Assembly: GCA_937943575.1 (NCBI GenBank)
Contig: CALEAV010000001.1
Coordinates: 20,375 to 84,374 of the forward strand
Direction: 5' to 3'
Length of the DNA stretch: 64,000 nt
Source: an uncultured bacterium
Lineage (GTDB): Bacteria; Desulfobacterota; Desulfobaccia; Desulfobaccales; 0-14-0-80-60-11
Shown here in pieces: positions 1 through 9,375 of the stretch (positions are counted from its first letter, which is position 1; each line of letters begins with the position of its first letter). A program made the position numbers and the translations under genes. A model generated the notes under the pieces. It had not been told where the DNA came from. It was given only the letters and a program-made list of their open reading frames with translations, and searched no databases.

Positions 1-113
1 GTCATGGGGCTGAGCCACCCGGAATATCCCCTCCACGGGGTGCAGTTCCACCCCGAGTCCTTCCTCACTGAACACGGTCACCGCCTGGCGGCGAATTTCC
101 TCCGGCTGGCCCG

Positions 114-117
<4 letters not shown>
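1..117 (+). CDS. glutamine amidotransferase component II (PabA/TrpG type), C-terminal fragment cut by the window edge
   Basis: Frame 1 reads [38 protein letters not shown] then TGA at 115-117. GVQFHPES matches the His/Glu end of the class-I GATase triad region. The stop overlaps the GTG (114) of the next gene. Confidence 0.7.
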
Positions 118-1552
<1,435 letters not shown>

Positions 1553-1556
<4 letters not shown>

Positions 1557-2422
1557 CCATGAGTTCCCGGGAAGGCTTCGTCTGGCTGAATGATGAGCTT
1601 GTGCCCCTCTCCCAGGCCCGGGTGTCGGTCCTGGACCGGGGCTTTCTCTATGGCGACGGCCTCTTTGAGACCCTGAAGGCGGTGAACGGCCGCCTTGAGC
1701 TGTTGGGCCCGCACCTTGAGCGCCTGGCCGCCTCCGCCCGGGAGCTGCGCCTCCCCTTCCCTCACGGCTACCCCTTCGAGGAGCGCCTCACCCGCCTTTT
1801 GGCGGTGAACCGTCTGGTGAGCGGGCTCGCCGCGGTGAAGATCATCCTCACCCGGGGGGAGCACCCGGAGCTGGGGCTCCCGCAGGTGCCCCAAGGAACG
1901 CTGGTCCTCACCGCCCGGCCCTACACCCCGCCGTCCGCCCAGGACTACCTCAGGGGCTGGCAGACGGTGGTTTACCCCGCCCGGCGCACCACCTTCCTGG
2001 GCCGCCACAAGAGCCTGAACTATCTCTTTTACCTGGCCGCCCGCCATTATGCCCAGGAGCAGGGGGCCAAGGAGGCCCTCATCCTGGAGGCCGACGGCCG
2101 CCTCTCCGAGGCCGCCACTGCCAACCTGGTGCTCCTGCGGGGGGGGGTGTATGAGACGCCGCAGGCCCCCAGCGCCCTCCCCGGCGTCACCCTGGCGGCC
2201 CTGGCCCGGGGGCTGGCCGCCCGGGGCCGGGAGCTGGTCCCGGTGCCGCTTAGGCCGGCGGATCTGTGGGAGGCGGAGGGCCTGTGGCTCATCAACTCCC
2301 TTGTGGGCCTGATGCCGGTGGCGGCGGTCGACGGCCGGCCCCTGCCCCTGTCCGAGGCCACCGGCCGCTTCCTTGCGGACTGCCTGGCCGCGGCCGTCGC
2401 CGCCTCTGATGGCACGCCTTAA
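1553..2422 (+). CDS. pabC: aminodeoxychorismate lyase / class-IV aminotransferase
   Basis: 289-aa ORF. GFLYGDGLFETLKA near the N-terminus and HKSLNYL are typical of fold-type IV PLP enzymes. Translationally coupled to pabB. Confidence 0.7.
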
Positions 2423-3046
2423 AAGCCGGGGCACCGGGGAGGGGAACTTAAGGCCTCACAGCCCCCAGCTGCTCAGCTTCCGGCAATCTCCCCCCCTCTG
2501 GTGATTTTCCGTCATTTGCTGGCGGCGGCTGGCGGTTCCTAGTCTCTCCCGGGGGGGCATGGCTGGCATGAGGAGGGCCGGAAGGCGAGCCGGGCCGGGA
2601 AGGAGAAAGAGCAGGGTCTGCCGGGGAGGATCACTCCGGGTGAGGAAGTCCTCAAAAGGGACGGAGGCGGTCTCCCCGGTCCGCTCGCCCAGGCAGGGGG
2701 ACCAGGCGGCTTTGAGGTCCTGAATCAGGCTCAGTCGGCTGGGCTCCTCAGACGTGCGGGCCCGGCCGTGGGGACGCAATTCCCTGCCCGCCACCGGCTG
2801 GGGGAGCAGAGGACACAGGCTGGAGGGGCGGATGGCATCGCCACGGGCGCCAGCTTTTCCGCCGCCTTCCCCAGGCCGCTCCCCCGCGGGCCTCCCGGAG
2901 GAGGAGAGCCCCCCACCAGCCCCTGCCGGCAGCCTGCAGGACCCGGCGTTTCACCTTCCGTGTCTGATTGCCGACATACATCGGGGAGGATAGTTGTGGC
3001 CGATGTTTTTTGTCTTTAATGTATCCGTATCCTGAGGAGGCGGAGC

Positions 3047-3361
3047 GTGAAACCCGTCGAGAGCGGCCCCGAAGGCCCGGTTCCCCGCATCCTGCCGGTG
3101 CCGGCCGCGGCCGTTGTCCTGCCGGGCGCGGCCGCCATCCATCGCCCCCCGGGCAAGATCCTGATCAAGGGCGACCCGGCCCTGGCCGATACTGTCCGGG
3201 AATCCGCCGCCGGAGCCGGGGAAGGGCCGGTTGCCTCCGTCAACGTGGAGCGGGGGCCCAGGCCGGCGCCGCCCATGGAGAGGGGAGCGCTCTTCCAGGT
3301 GGTAATGAACACCTTGCAGACCTCACGACTTTCACATCCCAGGCTCACGGGAGTCTCATAA
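3047..3361 (+). CDS. hypothetical small protein, possibly a divergent member of the HMA-like family found downstream
   Basis: GTG start preceded by GAGGAGG. PGKILIKGDPALADTVRE loosely resembles the GRLRIKV..KG..A..V motif of the neighbouring HMA-like proteins. The tail GALFQVVMNTLQT resembles RALFESALQTLV of the 4669-5022 protein. Weak support. Confidence 0.25.
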   Translation: MKPVESGPEGPVPRILPVPAAAVVLPGAAAIHRPPGKILIKGDPALADTVRESAAGAGEGPVASVNVERGPRPAPPMERGALFQVVMNTLQTSRLSHPRLTGVS

Positions 3362-3471
3362 TGGCCGGCTATGCCTCCGGAGAAGGGATGAGGGGAAGGG
3401 GGATTCCCTCTCATCGGGGGCCTTGACAACAGGCGGGGCGCAGTCGGGCGCCCGGGTAGGGCCCCTGCCCC

Positions 3472-3487
3472 TGGCAACTGTGCCGCA
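3472..3487 (+). promoter_or_regulatory. candidate sigma-54 (-24/-12) promoter
   Basis: TGGCAACTGTGCCGCA has GG (3473-3474) and GC (3485-3486) separated by exactly 10 nt as in TGGCACG-N4-TTGCW. The -12 element is CCGCA rather than TTGCA. It lies about 170 nt upstream of the 3660 ATG, and rpoN is present in the window. Confidence 0.25.
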
Positions 3488-3659
3488 GGGGATTTATTTT
3501 AATGGTAAATTCTTTGTTGTAAATTCCCATACCCCGGTGCGGGTGGGGCTCAGCCGTCACGGCGGGCGGACCTCCCCTCGGATCCAGGGGGCCGCAACCA
3601 CCGGGGCTCTGGGGGCTGAATGGCCAGTTCTTCCCTTATGCCGGGAGCAGGACCAGATC

Positions 3660-3899
3660 ATGTGGAAAGATCTCTTCAAACTGACCGTGCCCAACATTGT
3701 GGTGGGGGTGGGGGTGGCCCTGGTGATGCCGCTGCTTCTGCCGGTCGCCGGGGCTGTCCTCAGGCCTCTGGCCAAGGGGGTCATCAAGGGGGGCCTCACC
3801 CTCTATGACGCCGCCGCGGGCCTGGTGGTGGAGACCGGCGAACAGCTGAGCGACCTCTATGCCGAGGCCAAAGCCGAGCATTACGGCTCCCCCGAATGA
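3660..3899 (+). CDS. small membrane protein (one N-terminal TM helix, amphipathic C-terminus; DUF5132-like from memory)
   Basis: ATG at 3660 within the 3423-3899 ORF gives MWKDLFKLTVPNIVVGVGVALVMPLLLPVAGAVLRPLAKGVIKGG...YAEAKAEHYGSPE. The hydrophobic helix and compact size support it, as does its position next to the HMA-like genes. Confidence 0.5.
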   Translation: MWKDLFKLTVPNIVVGVGVALVMPLLLPVAGAVLRPLAKGVIKGGLTLYDAAAGLVVETGEQLSDLYAEAKAEHYGSPE

Positions 3900-3990
3900 G
3901 GCCCCCTCTCCTGGAGCCGTGAGGCCGGGAGGCGCAGGAGGCCAGCCTGTAAGGGACCAGGCTCAGGCGGGATGAGGGAGGCGGCTGGCG

Positions 3991-4311
3991 ATGCCGGACC
4001 ATGAGGTGGCGGTGGTGCAGGCCCTGCCGGGTCGGCTGCGCCTGACGGTGCCCCGCTCAAGGGCCATGCGGCCGTTGCCCGCCGGGTTAAGGAGCGCCGC
4101 CGGAGGCATCCCGCCCTGAGGGAGGCGGCGGCCACCCCTCACCGGCAGCGTGCTGGAGCTGTATGACCCTGAGACCATCACCTCCCCGGCCTCCCGCCCG
4201 GCTCCGCCGGAGGCGGTGGCCGAGCCCCTCCCCGGCCTTGGGCCCACGGAGTTGCCGGGGCTCCTCCCCTTCGGGGGAGAGCGCTCCGGCCCCGCCTCCC
4301 CGCTGGCTTAG
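3991..4311 (+). pseudogene. HMA-like small protein, reading frame broken twice (frame 1 to 3 to 1)
   Basis: GGGAGG lies 9 nt before ATG 3991. Segment 1 reads MPDHEVAVVQALPGRLRLTVP (to about 4053). Segment 2, in the -1 frame, reads LKGHAAVARRVKERRRRHPALREAAAT (4056-4136). Segment 3, back in the original frame, reads PLTGSVLELYDPETITSP... to TAG 4309-4311. The concatenation aligns along its whole length with the 4669-5022 paralogue (LEGRLRIKVPEVKGSPAAAARVERELRAVYGVEEVYANPTTGNVLITYQPESIS). Both shifts sit in CCCC runs. Confidence 0.5.
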
Positions 4312-4668
4312 GGGATCCGGCTCACCTCCCGGGTGAGCGCCGCCGCCGGGGGGGCTTATGGACCTCCAGGTGCTGGCGGCCCTGAGCCTCCTCGCTGGGG
4401 TGCGAAGAGCCCTGCCGGTGAATTCCAGGCTTCGGCCCGCCTAGTATAAATGCTTTTGGTTCGGATTTTCCATCTTCGTGATGCTGAACTGCGGCCTGTG
4501 GAAGGGGCCTGCAAAGACGCCGGGGGGCGCAGGCCCGCCCCGGAAGGAAGGAAGTCCCGTCGAGGAAAGGGGAAACTGATCAGGGAGGAAAACGGAATCG
4601 CTGAGGCCGTCCGAGCCTTCACGGAAGGGACGGTGGGGATGTCCGGCTTCCTTTCGGCCCCCAGCGGG

Positions 4669-5022
4669 TCAGATAATCGCCATCACCAGGGTCTGGAGGG
4701 CGGATTCAAAGAGGGCCCGGCCGACAGTGGCCGCCATGCTGTCCCGTGGCCCGGTGCGGGAGATCACGGTGTTCAGGCCCTGCCGGAAGCAACCCAGGTC
4801 CTCCGTCAACAGACGGATGATCTCGTCCTGGGAGATGCTCTCGGGCTGGTAGGTGATGAGCACATTGCCGGTGGTGGGGTTGGCATAGACCTCCTCAACC
4901 CCGTAAACGGCTCTGAGTTCCCGCTCCACCCGGGCGGCCGCGGCGGGGGAGCCTTTGACCTCCGGCACCTTGATGCGCAGCCGCCCCTCCAGGGCATGGA
5001 GATACTCGGTCATTATGGACAT
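4669..5022 (-). CDS. HMA-like (ferredoxin-fold, heavy-metal-associated-like) small protein lacking a CxxC motif
   Basis: ATG at 5022 follows GGAGAAGGAG. The protein reads MSIMTEYLHALEGRLRIKVPEVKGSPAAAARVERELRAVYGVEEVYANPTTGNVLITYQPESIS..., matching the pattern I recall for the HMA_2-type domain (GRLR.. / TG.VL..Y). The ORF track extends to 5052. Confidence 0.6.
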   Translation of the reverse strand: MSIMTEYLHALEGRLRIKVPEVKGSPAAAARVERELRAVYGVEEVYANPTTGNVLITYQPESISQDEIIRLLTEDLGCFRQGLNTVISRTGPRDSMAATVGRALFESALQTLVMAII

Positions 5023-5275
5023 GCAGGCAACTCCTTCTCCAGAAACGATCAACTATCACTTTAAGGGGTTGTCATTCAATGAAAATTAAGGCTCGGTTAA
5101 TTTTTGATTCAGGCGGCCGGGGCCATGAGATCCCCGGCAGTCATTTGCCACCAGTTCCCCGCGGCCAGTGTGGGCTGCGGCGGATAATCCTGTAAACTGT
5201 CCGCCCGCCGTTTTCCCTTTGCGGCGGTTTGCCGCAGGAAGCGGCCGGACATCTGAGCATGACGTCGAGGAGAGC

Positions 5276-5566
5276 ATGGAGGGCTTTACTCTGATGGAGG
5301 CGCAGCCGGGCTGTCTGACCCTGGGGGTGGCCCGCCTTAAGGGGGATGAGGAGCTGGCCCGGCGCGTGAGGGAGCGTTTTTCGGCCGTGGACGGCATCCG
5401 GGCGGTATGGGCTGATGCCGTGGAGGGGACGGTGCGGGTGGAATATGACCGGGAGCGGCTGCGTTCCTGGAGCTCCCTGTGGGCGCTGAAGAGCGCCTTC
5501 CAGGATCTCTTCCCGGAGGTGGATTCCCTGGCCTTGGCCAGCTGGCTGGGGCCGCACCTGACGTGA
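5276..5566 (+). CDS. HMA-like small protein (paralogue of 4669-5022)
   Basis: ATG 5276 follows GAGGAGAG. The protein reads MEGFTLMEAQPGCLTLGVARLKGDEELARRVRERFSAVDGIRAVWADAVEGTVRVEYDRERL, the same domain pattern. It is divergently arranged with the 4669-5022 gene. Confidence 0.55.
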   Translation: MEGFTLMEAQPGCLTLGVARLKGDEELARRVRERFSAVDGIRAVWADAVEGTVRVEYDRERLRSWSSLWALKSAFQDLFPEVDSLALASWLGPHLT

Positions 5567-6650
5567 GGGACGGGAGGGGGCCCACTGCAGGTGCGGGACT
5601 CCCCTGGAACCTTGCCGGGGGACGAAGAGCCCCACCCCGGGGAGAATCGGGCCGGGATCGAGGCGGCCCATGGATGGCTGGCGGGCAAGGCCTTGCGGAC
5701 CCCGGGGCCGGGAGGCGGCGGAGGATGGCCTCATCCGGCCGGGCTCATCGCCATGGCCGCCCCCCTCCCTCCGAAATGGCCGGGTCCGCCTGACCGTGGG
5801 CGCGGTGAAAACCGCCCCGACCTCCTCCGTCCAGGGTCGGCCGGGACCCTCCGGGAGTTTCACCGGGCCGGCATTGCCGCGGCGATGATCCCCGGCCAGC
5901 GGATCCCCACCGGCCAGGCCATCGGCCCGGGGCTGAGCCTGAGGCGGGGGCGGCCATGGGAGACCCCGGAGGCCCTGGCGCCCCACTCTTTGCACGGGGG
6001 GGGCAGGGCCGCAGTCCCCGCCTCGTGCAGAGCCTGCAGCGGGCAGGCCGGGTGGCGGCCATGGCTGGGGCGGCCTCTTTGAGGGCCCGGCGCTGAAGGC
6101 CCGGATGGGGGCCCCGCCATGGGAGGCAGGGGCACCGCTTGGGTGGCGGCCGAGGTGGCGGGAGGGGACGGGCTGGGGATTCTCCTGAGGCGGTGCGGGG
6201 CGGCCGCCCCATTGATCTCGGCATCCTTGCAACCGCCCGCTTTTTTCCGGCCGCCACCTGCAGGGGCTCCCGCTGCCGGTGAGGGCCCGGCGCCGGGCGG
6301 TGCCCGCCCCTTGCCGCCATGCAGGGTCTTCGGATCAACCCGGTCGCGGGTATCCTGCCGGGCCCCGCTCCGGCCTCAGGGGCGAGCAAGACGGAGATTC
6401 TCATCCGGCCGCCCTCCGGCTGCGGGCGGAATCACCCGCAGGAAAGGGGTCGCCAGCCGGGTTGATAGAGGTTCTCCTTCCAAAAGGCCCAGGGCCATGC
6501 CATGCACAGAAAAGGGCCCTCGGCAGCGGCCTCCCTGCCCTTGGGGGCACCAGATCGCGTTCGCTTCCCAGCAAGGGGATGATGTGGTTGCCTCGGCAGC
6601 GGCCCCCACTGTCTTTGGGGCCACCTGACCCCTGCCCCGTCCGGGCTGAC

Positions 6651-7007
6651 TCAGGCCTCCGGCTCCTCGGAGGGCGGGGCCGAAGCCTTCTGGTAGGCCC
6701 GTTGGGCCTGCTCCCGGGCGGCCAGCCCCGTCAGGCGCTCCCGGATAATCTCCTGCCAGGCCCGGCAGAAGTCCACCAGCTGGCGCTCCAGCTCCCGGAG
6801 AGCCGCCAGGTCGCGCCACAGCTCCGGTTCCGGGTCCCCGCCCAGGTCCAGCCGGGCCAGGGCCGCCTGGCGTTGCTGCAGCAGCCAGTCCGCCCGCTCC
6901 AGCTCCCCGGCCGTCAGCGCCTCCGCCACCGCCCGGGTGAGGTCATACAGCAGGGCCAGCCGGGAGGCGGTCAGCCGCACGCCATCGTGAGGAGCAGCCG
7001 GCTCCAT
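6651..7007 (-). CDS. hypothetical alpha-helical protein (chaperone-like; FliT/FlgN-style heptad sequence, uncertain)
   Basis: ATG at 7007 within the 6651-7274 ORF gives MEPAAPHDGVRLTASRLALLYDLTRAVAEALTAGELERADWLLQQRQAALARL...RELERQLVDF. It is the last gene of the minus-strand glycosyltransferase operon and overlaps the upstream gene by 37 nt. Confidence 0.4.
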   Translation of the reverse strand: MEPAAPHDGVRLTASRLALLYDLTRAVAEALTAGELERADWLLQQRQAALARLDLGGDPEPELWRDLAALRELERQLVDFCRAWQEIIRERLTGLAAREQAQRAYQKASAPPSEEPEA

Positions 7008-7567
7008 TGCTCCACCAGGGGCAGGAGTTCGTATTCCACCAGGTCCGCCAGCATGATCAGATCCCCCTGCCGGCCCTGATCCTCCATATCGGTGAGGAGA
7101 ACCTTGAGATGGCCGCAGAGGCGGGTCATCTCCCCGGGGAGGTCGGCAGAGCCGCCCTGGAGCAGCCGGCTTCCTCCGACCCCGGTCTGCAGCAGCCAGC
7201 GCAGGGCCTCCAGCACCTCCGCCAGCACCCGGTGGGCCTCCTGTTCCGGAGCCACCCGGAAGAGGCGGGCGCACTCCCGGATCGCCCGGCCCAGGATCTC
7301 CGCCTGCGCCGCAGTTTCCCGGAGAATCACCCGGGCCATCTCCCGGGCGGGCAGGGTCTTCACCTCCAGGCGCTCGATCTCCTCCCGGGCCAGATAGCGG
7401 GACTCCCGGGGATAGCGCTCGCTGAAGAAGCGGCCGTTCAGATGCACCTGGTAGAGCTGTTCCCCGGGGGGGAGATATTTGGCGTGGATCTCGGTGAGGA
7501 TCTCCTCCAGGTTTCCCAGGTGGGAAAAATCTGCCGGCAGGGTCTGCTCATTGATGGTGACCTGCAT
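6971..7567 (-). CDS. hypothetical protein
   Basis: 198-aa ORF, MQVTINEQTLPADFSHLGNLEEILTEIHAKYLPPGEQLYQVHLNGRFFSERYP.... The composition is not low-complexity. It overlaps the upstream GT9 gene by 20 nt, consistent with an operon. Confidence 0.55.
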   Translation of the reverse strand: MQVTINEQTLPADFSHLGNLEEILTEIHAKYLPPGEQLYQVHLNGRFFSERYPRESRYLAREEIERLEVKTLPAREMARVILRETAAQAEILGRAIRECARLFRVAPEQEAHRVLAEVLEALRWLLQTGVGGSRLLQGGSADLPGEMTRLCGHLKVLLTDMEDQGRQGDLIMLADLVEYELLPLVEQWSRLLLTMACG

Positions 7568-9257
7568 GACGCACCTCGCCTCCTGTGCCGATGAAGCTGC
7601 TCTTGGGCGGTATGTAATGCAGGGAGCGTGCCAAGTCCGGCGGGCGGGGCAGACCTGGAGGCGCCAGGCGCCACGCCGCCCCGTGCAGGAGCTCCCCCAG
7701 GCGGAGCACCCCGGCGTAGGCCCGGCTCAGTTCCCAGGCCAGGGCTGGCACTTCCCGGTCTGCCGCCAGCCGCTGGTCCTGGAAGAAAAAGGCCACCGGG
7801 GCCGCCAGCTCCGGGCAGGCCGCCGCCAGCCGCCGGAGGCCCTGATCCACGGCGCTGAAGGTGGAGAGGGCCGCAGTCACCACCGGCGCCGGGGATCTCT
7901 GGGCCAGTCTGGCGGCCGTCTCCGCCCCCCGCCGGGCCAGGGAGGTGAGCTCCGCCAGCGCCGCGGCGCTGTCCGGCAGGTTCAGGCCGTCCGGCGGCGG
8001 GAGGAAGCGCTCCCGCAGCACAGCCGCCAGCCACTCCACGAGCCGGGGGGAGGCAGCCCCGGAGAGGAACTCCTCCCAGGCCAGCCGATGCACCTTCAGC
8101 CAGAAGTCCATCCGGGACAGGGGGCGGCGGATGGCGGGCAAAACGGCCTGATGGCCCTCCGGGTCGGCAGTGGTGCGGTAGAGCCGGGTTGTCCCATAGG
8201 GGCCGGTGGCTTCCCGGAGCTCGGGTCCCTCGCCGGTGAGAATCTCCCGGGCCGCCTGGGCCACGGCCTCCGGGGAGATGGCCCCATGGCAGCGGAGGCG
8301 GGTGCACGGCCTCAGGCAGGGGTGGCAGGGGAGATGGGGCTCCAGGACTGCGTGCCCCGGCCCCGCCGGCCCGGTGTCCTGAGCCCGGGCGCTGGCCAGA
8401 AACAGGGCCACCACCGGAGTGCCCACCGCCGCCGCCAGATGCATGGGCCCGGTGTCGTTGGTGAGGAGGAGATCCAGCCCGGCCAGCTGCTGCACCAGGC
8501 CCGGAAGATCCGTCTCCCCGACAAGAAGGCTGGCGCTCCCCGGGGGCAGCAGCCGCAGCAGGGCCTCCCCCAGGGGGCGCTCGCCGGCGCTGCCGAAGAT
8601 GAAAAAGTGACAGGGCGCCTTGGCCAGGAGCAGGCGGGCAGTGCGGGCAAAATTCTCCGGGGGCCACTGCCGCTCCGGCCGGCTGGCCCCGGGACAGAGC
8701 CCCACCTGCCAAACCCCGCCGTTTTTGCAGGAAGCCGGCCCCGGCGGCACCTGCACCGCCAGCCCCGCCCCGTCGGGCAGCAGCCCGGCGCTGCGCACAA
8801 ACAGGTCCACCACGTTGAAGGGGTTGGCCTGCCGGGCCCTGGAGACCACCAGGGAATAACTGGCCCAGGCCGGGGCGGTAACCAGCTCCCGGCCGTCGTT
8901 CACCCACAGACCCCGGGTTTCCGCTCCGCCGCACAGCCGGGCCAGCAACCCGGCGGTCACCGTGGGGGTGAGGTTGACGACCAGGTCCGGCGCAGGCCAA
9001 AGATGCCCCTTCACCCAATGGGCGAGCTGCCGGACGGCCGCCGGCCACCCCTGCCGGTCCAGGACCGGGGCCAGGGCGGTGCCGGGAAACAGCAGCAGCC
9101 GGTCCACTCCGGGGAGCAGCCGGGCGGCCCCCTCAAAGAGGTCCATGGCCAGGAGGGTGATCCGGGCCTCCGGATGGCGGCGGCGCACCCCCCGCAGCAC
9201 CGGGGTGCTTTGCACCAGGTCCCCCAGACGCATCAGGTTGATGACCAAAATCTCCAT
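7548..9257 (-). CDS. glycosyltransferase family 9 (heptosyltransferase-like) with a roughly 200-aa helical C-terminal extension
   Basis: N-terminus MEILVINLMRLGDLVQSTPVLRGVRRRHPEARITLL is typical of GT9. DTGPMHLAAAVGTPVVALF is the GT9 nucleotide-sugar motif. A CHPC...C...C cluster is present. Confidence 0.75.
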   Translation of the reverse strand: MEILVINLMRLGDLVQSTPVLRGVRRRHPEARITLLAMDLFEGAARLLPGVDRLLLFPGTALAPVLDRQGWPAAVRQLAHWVKGHLWPAPDLVVNLTPTVTAGLLARLCGGAETRGLWVNDGRELVTAPAWASYSLVVSRARQANPFNVVDLFVRSAGLLPDGAGLAVQVPPGPASCKNGGVWQVGLCPGASRPERQWPPENFARTARLLLAKAPCHFFIFGSAGERPLGEALLRLLPPGSASLLVGETDLPGLVQQLAGLDLLLTNDTGPMHLAAAVGTPVVALFLASARAQDTGPAGPGHAVLEPHLPCHPCLRPCTRLRCHGAISPEAVAQAAREILTGEGPELREATGPYGTTRLYRTTADPEGHQAVLPAIRRPLSRMDFWLKVHRLAWEEFLSGAASPRLVEWLAAVLRERFLPPPDGLNLPDSAAALAELTSLARRGAETAARLAQRSPAPVVTAALSTFSAVDQGLRRLAAACPELAAPVAFFFQDQRLAADREVPALAWELSRAYAGVLRLGELLHGAAWRLAPPGLPRPPDLARSLHYIPPKSSFIGTGGEVRHAGHHQ

Positions 9258-9375
9258 GGAGCGGCGCCCATCCTGTCGACCACCCCGCCCCTGGGGGAAC
9301 GGGGGTCACCATCAGCCCTGCGGCCGATTGCCATGACTGAGGGGATTTCCGGCAGTCCGGTCCCCCCTGCCTGCC

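Noticed and set aside
2456-3046. ORFs at 2456-2794 (minus) and 2754-2993 (plus) downstream of pabC.
   Set aside because: They are mutually overlapping and low-complexity, with no motifs. The region is left unannotated.
5027-5041. The minus-strand TGGAGAAGGAGTTGC has perfect sigma-54 GG-N10-GC spacing with TTGC.
   Set aside because: It ends 4 nt before the ATG (5022) and coincides with the Shine-Dalgarno GGAG, so a transcript from it would lack a leader. It is better explained as the RBS.
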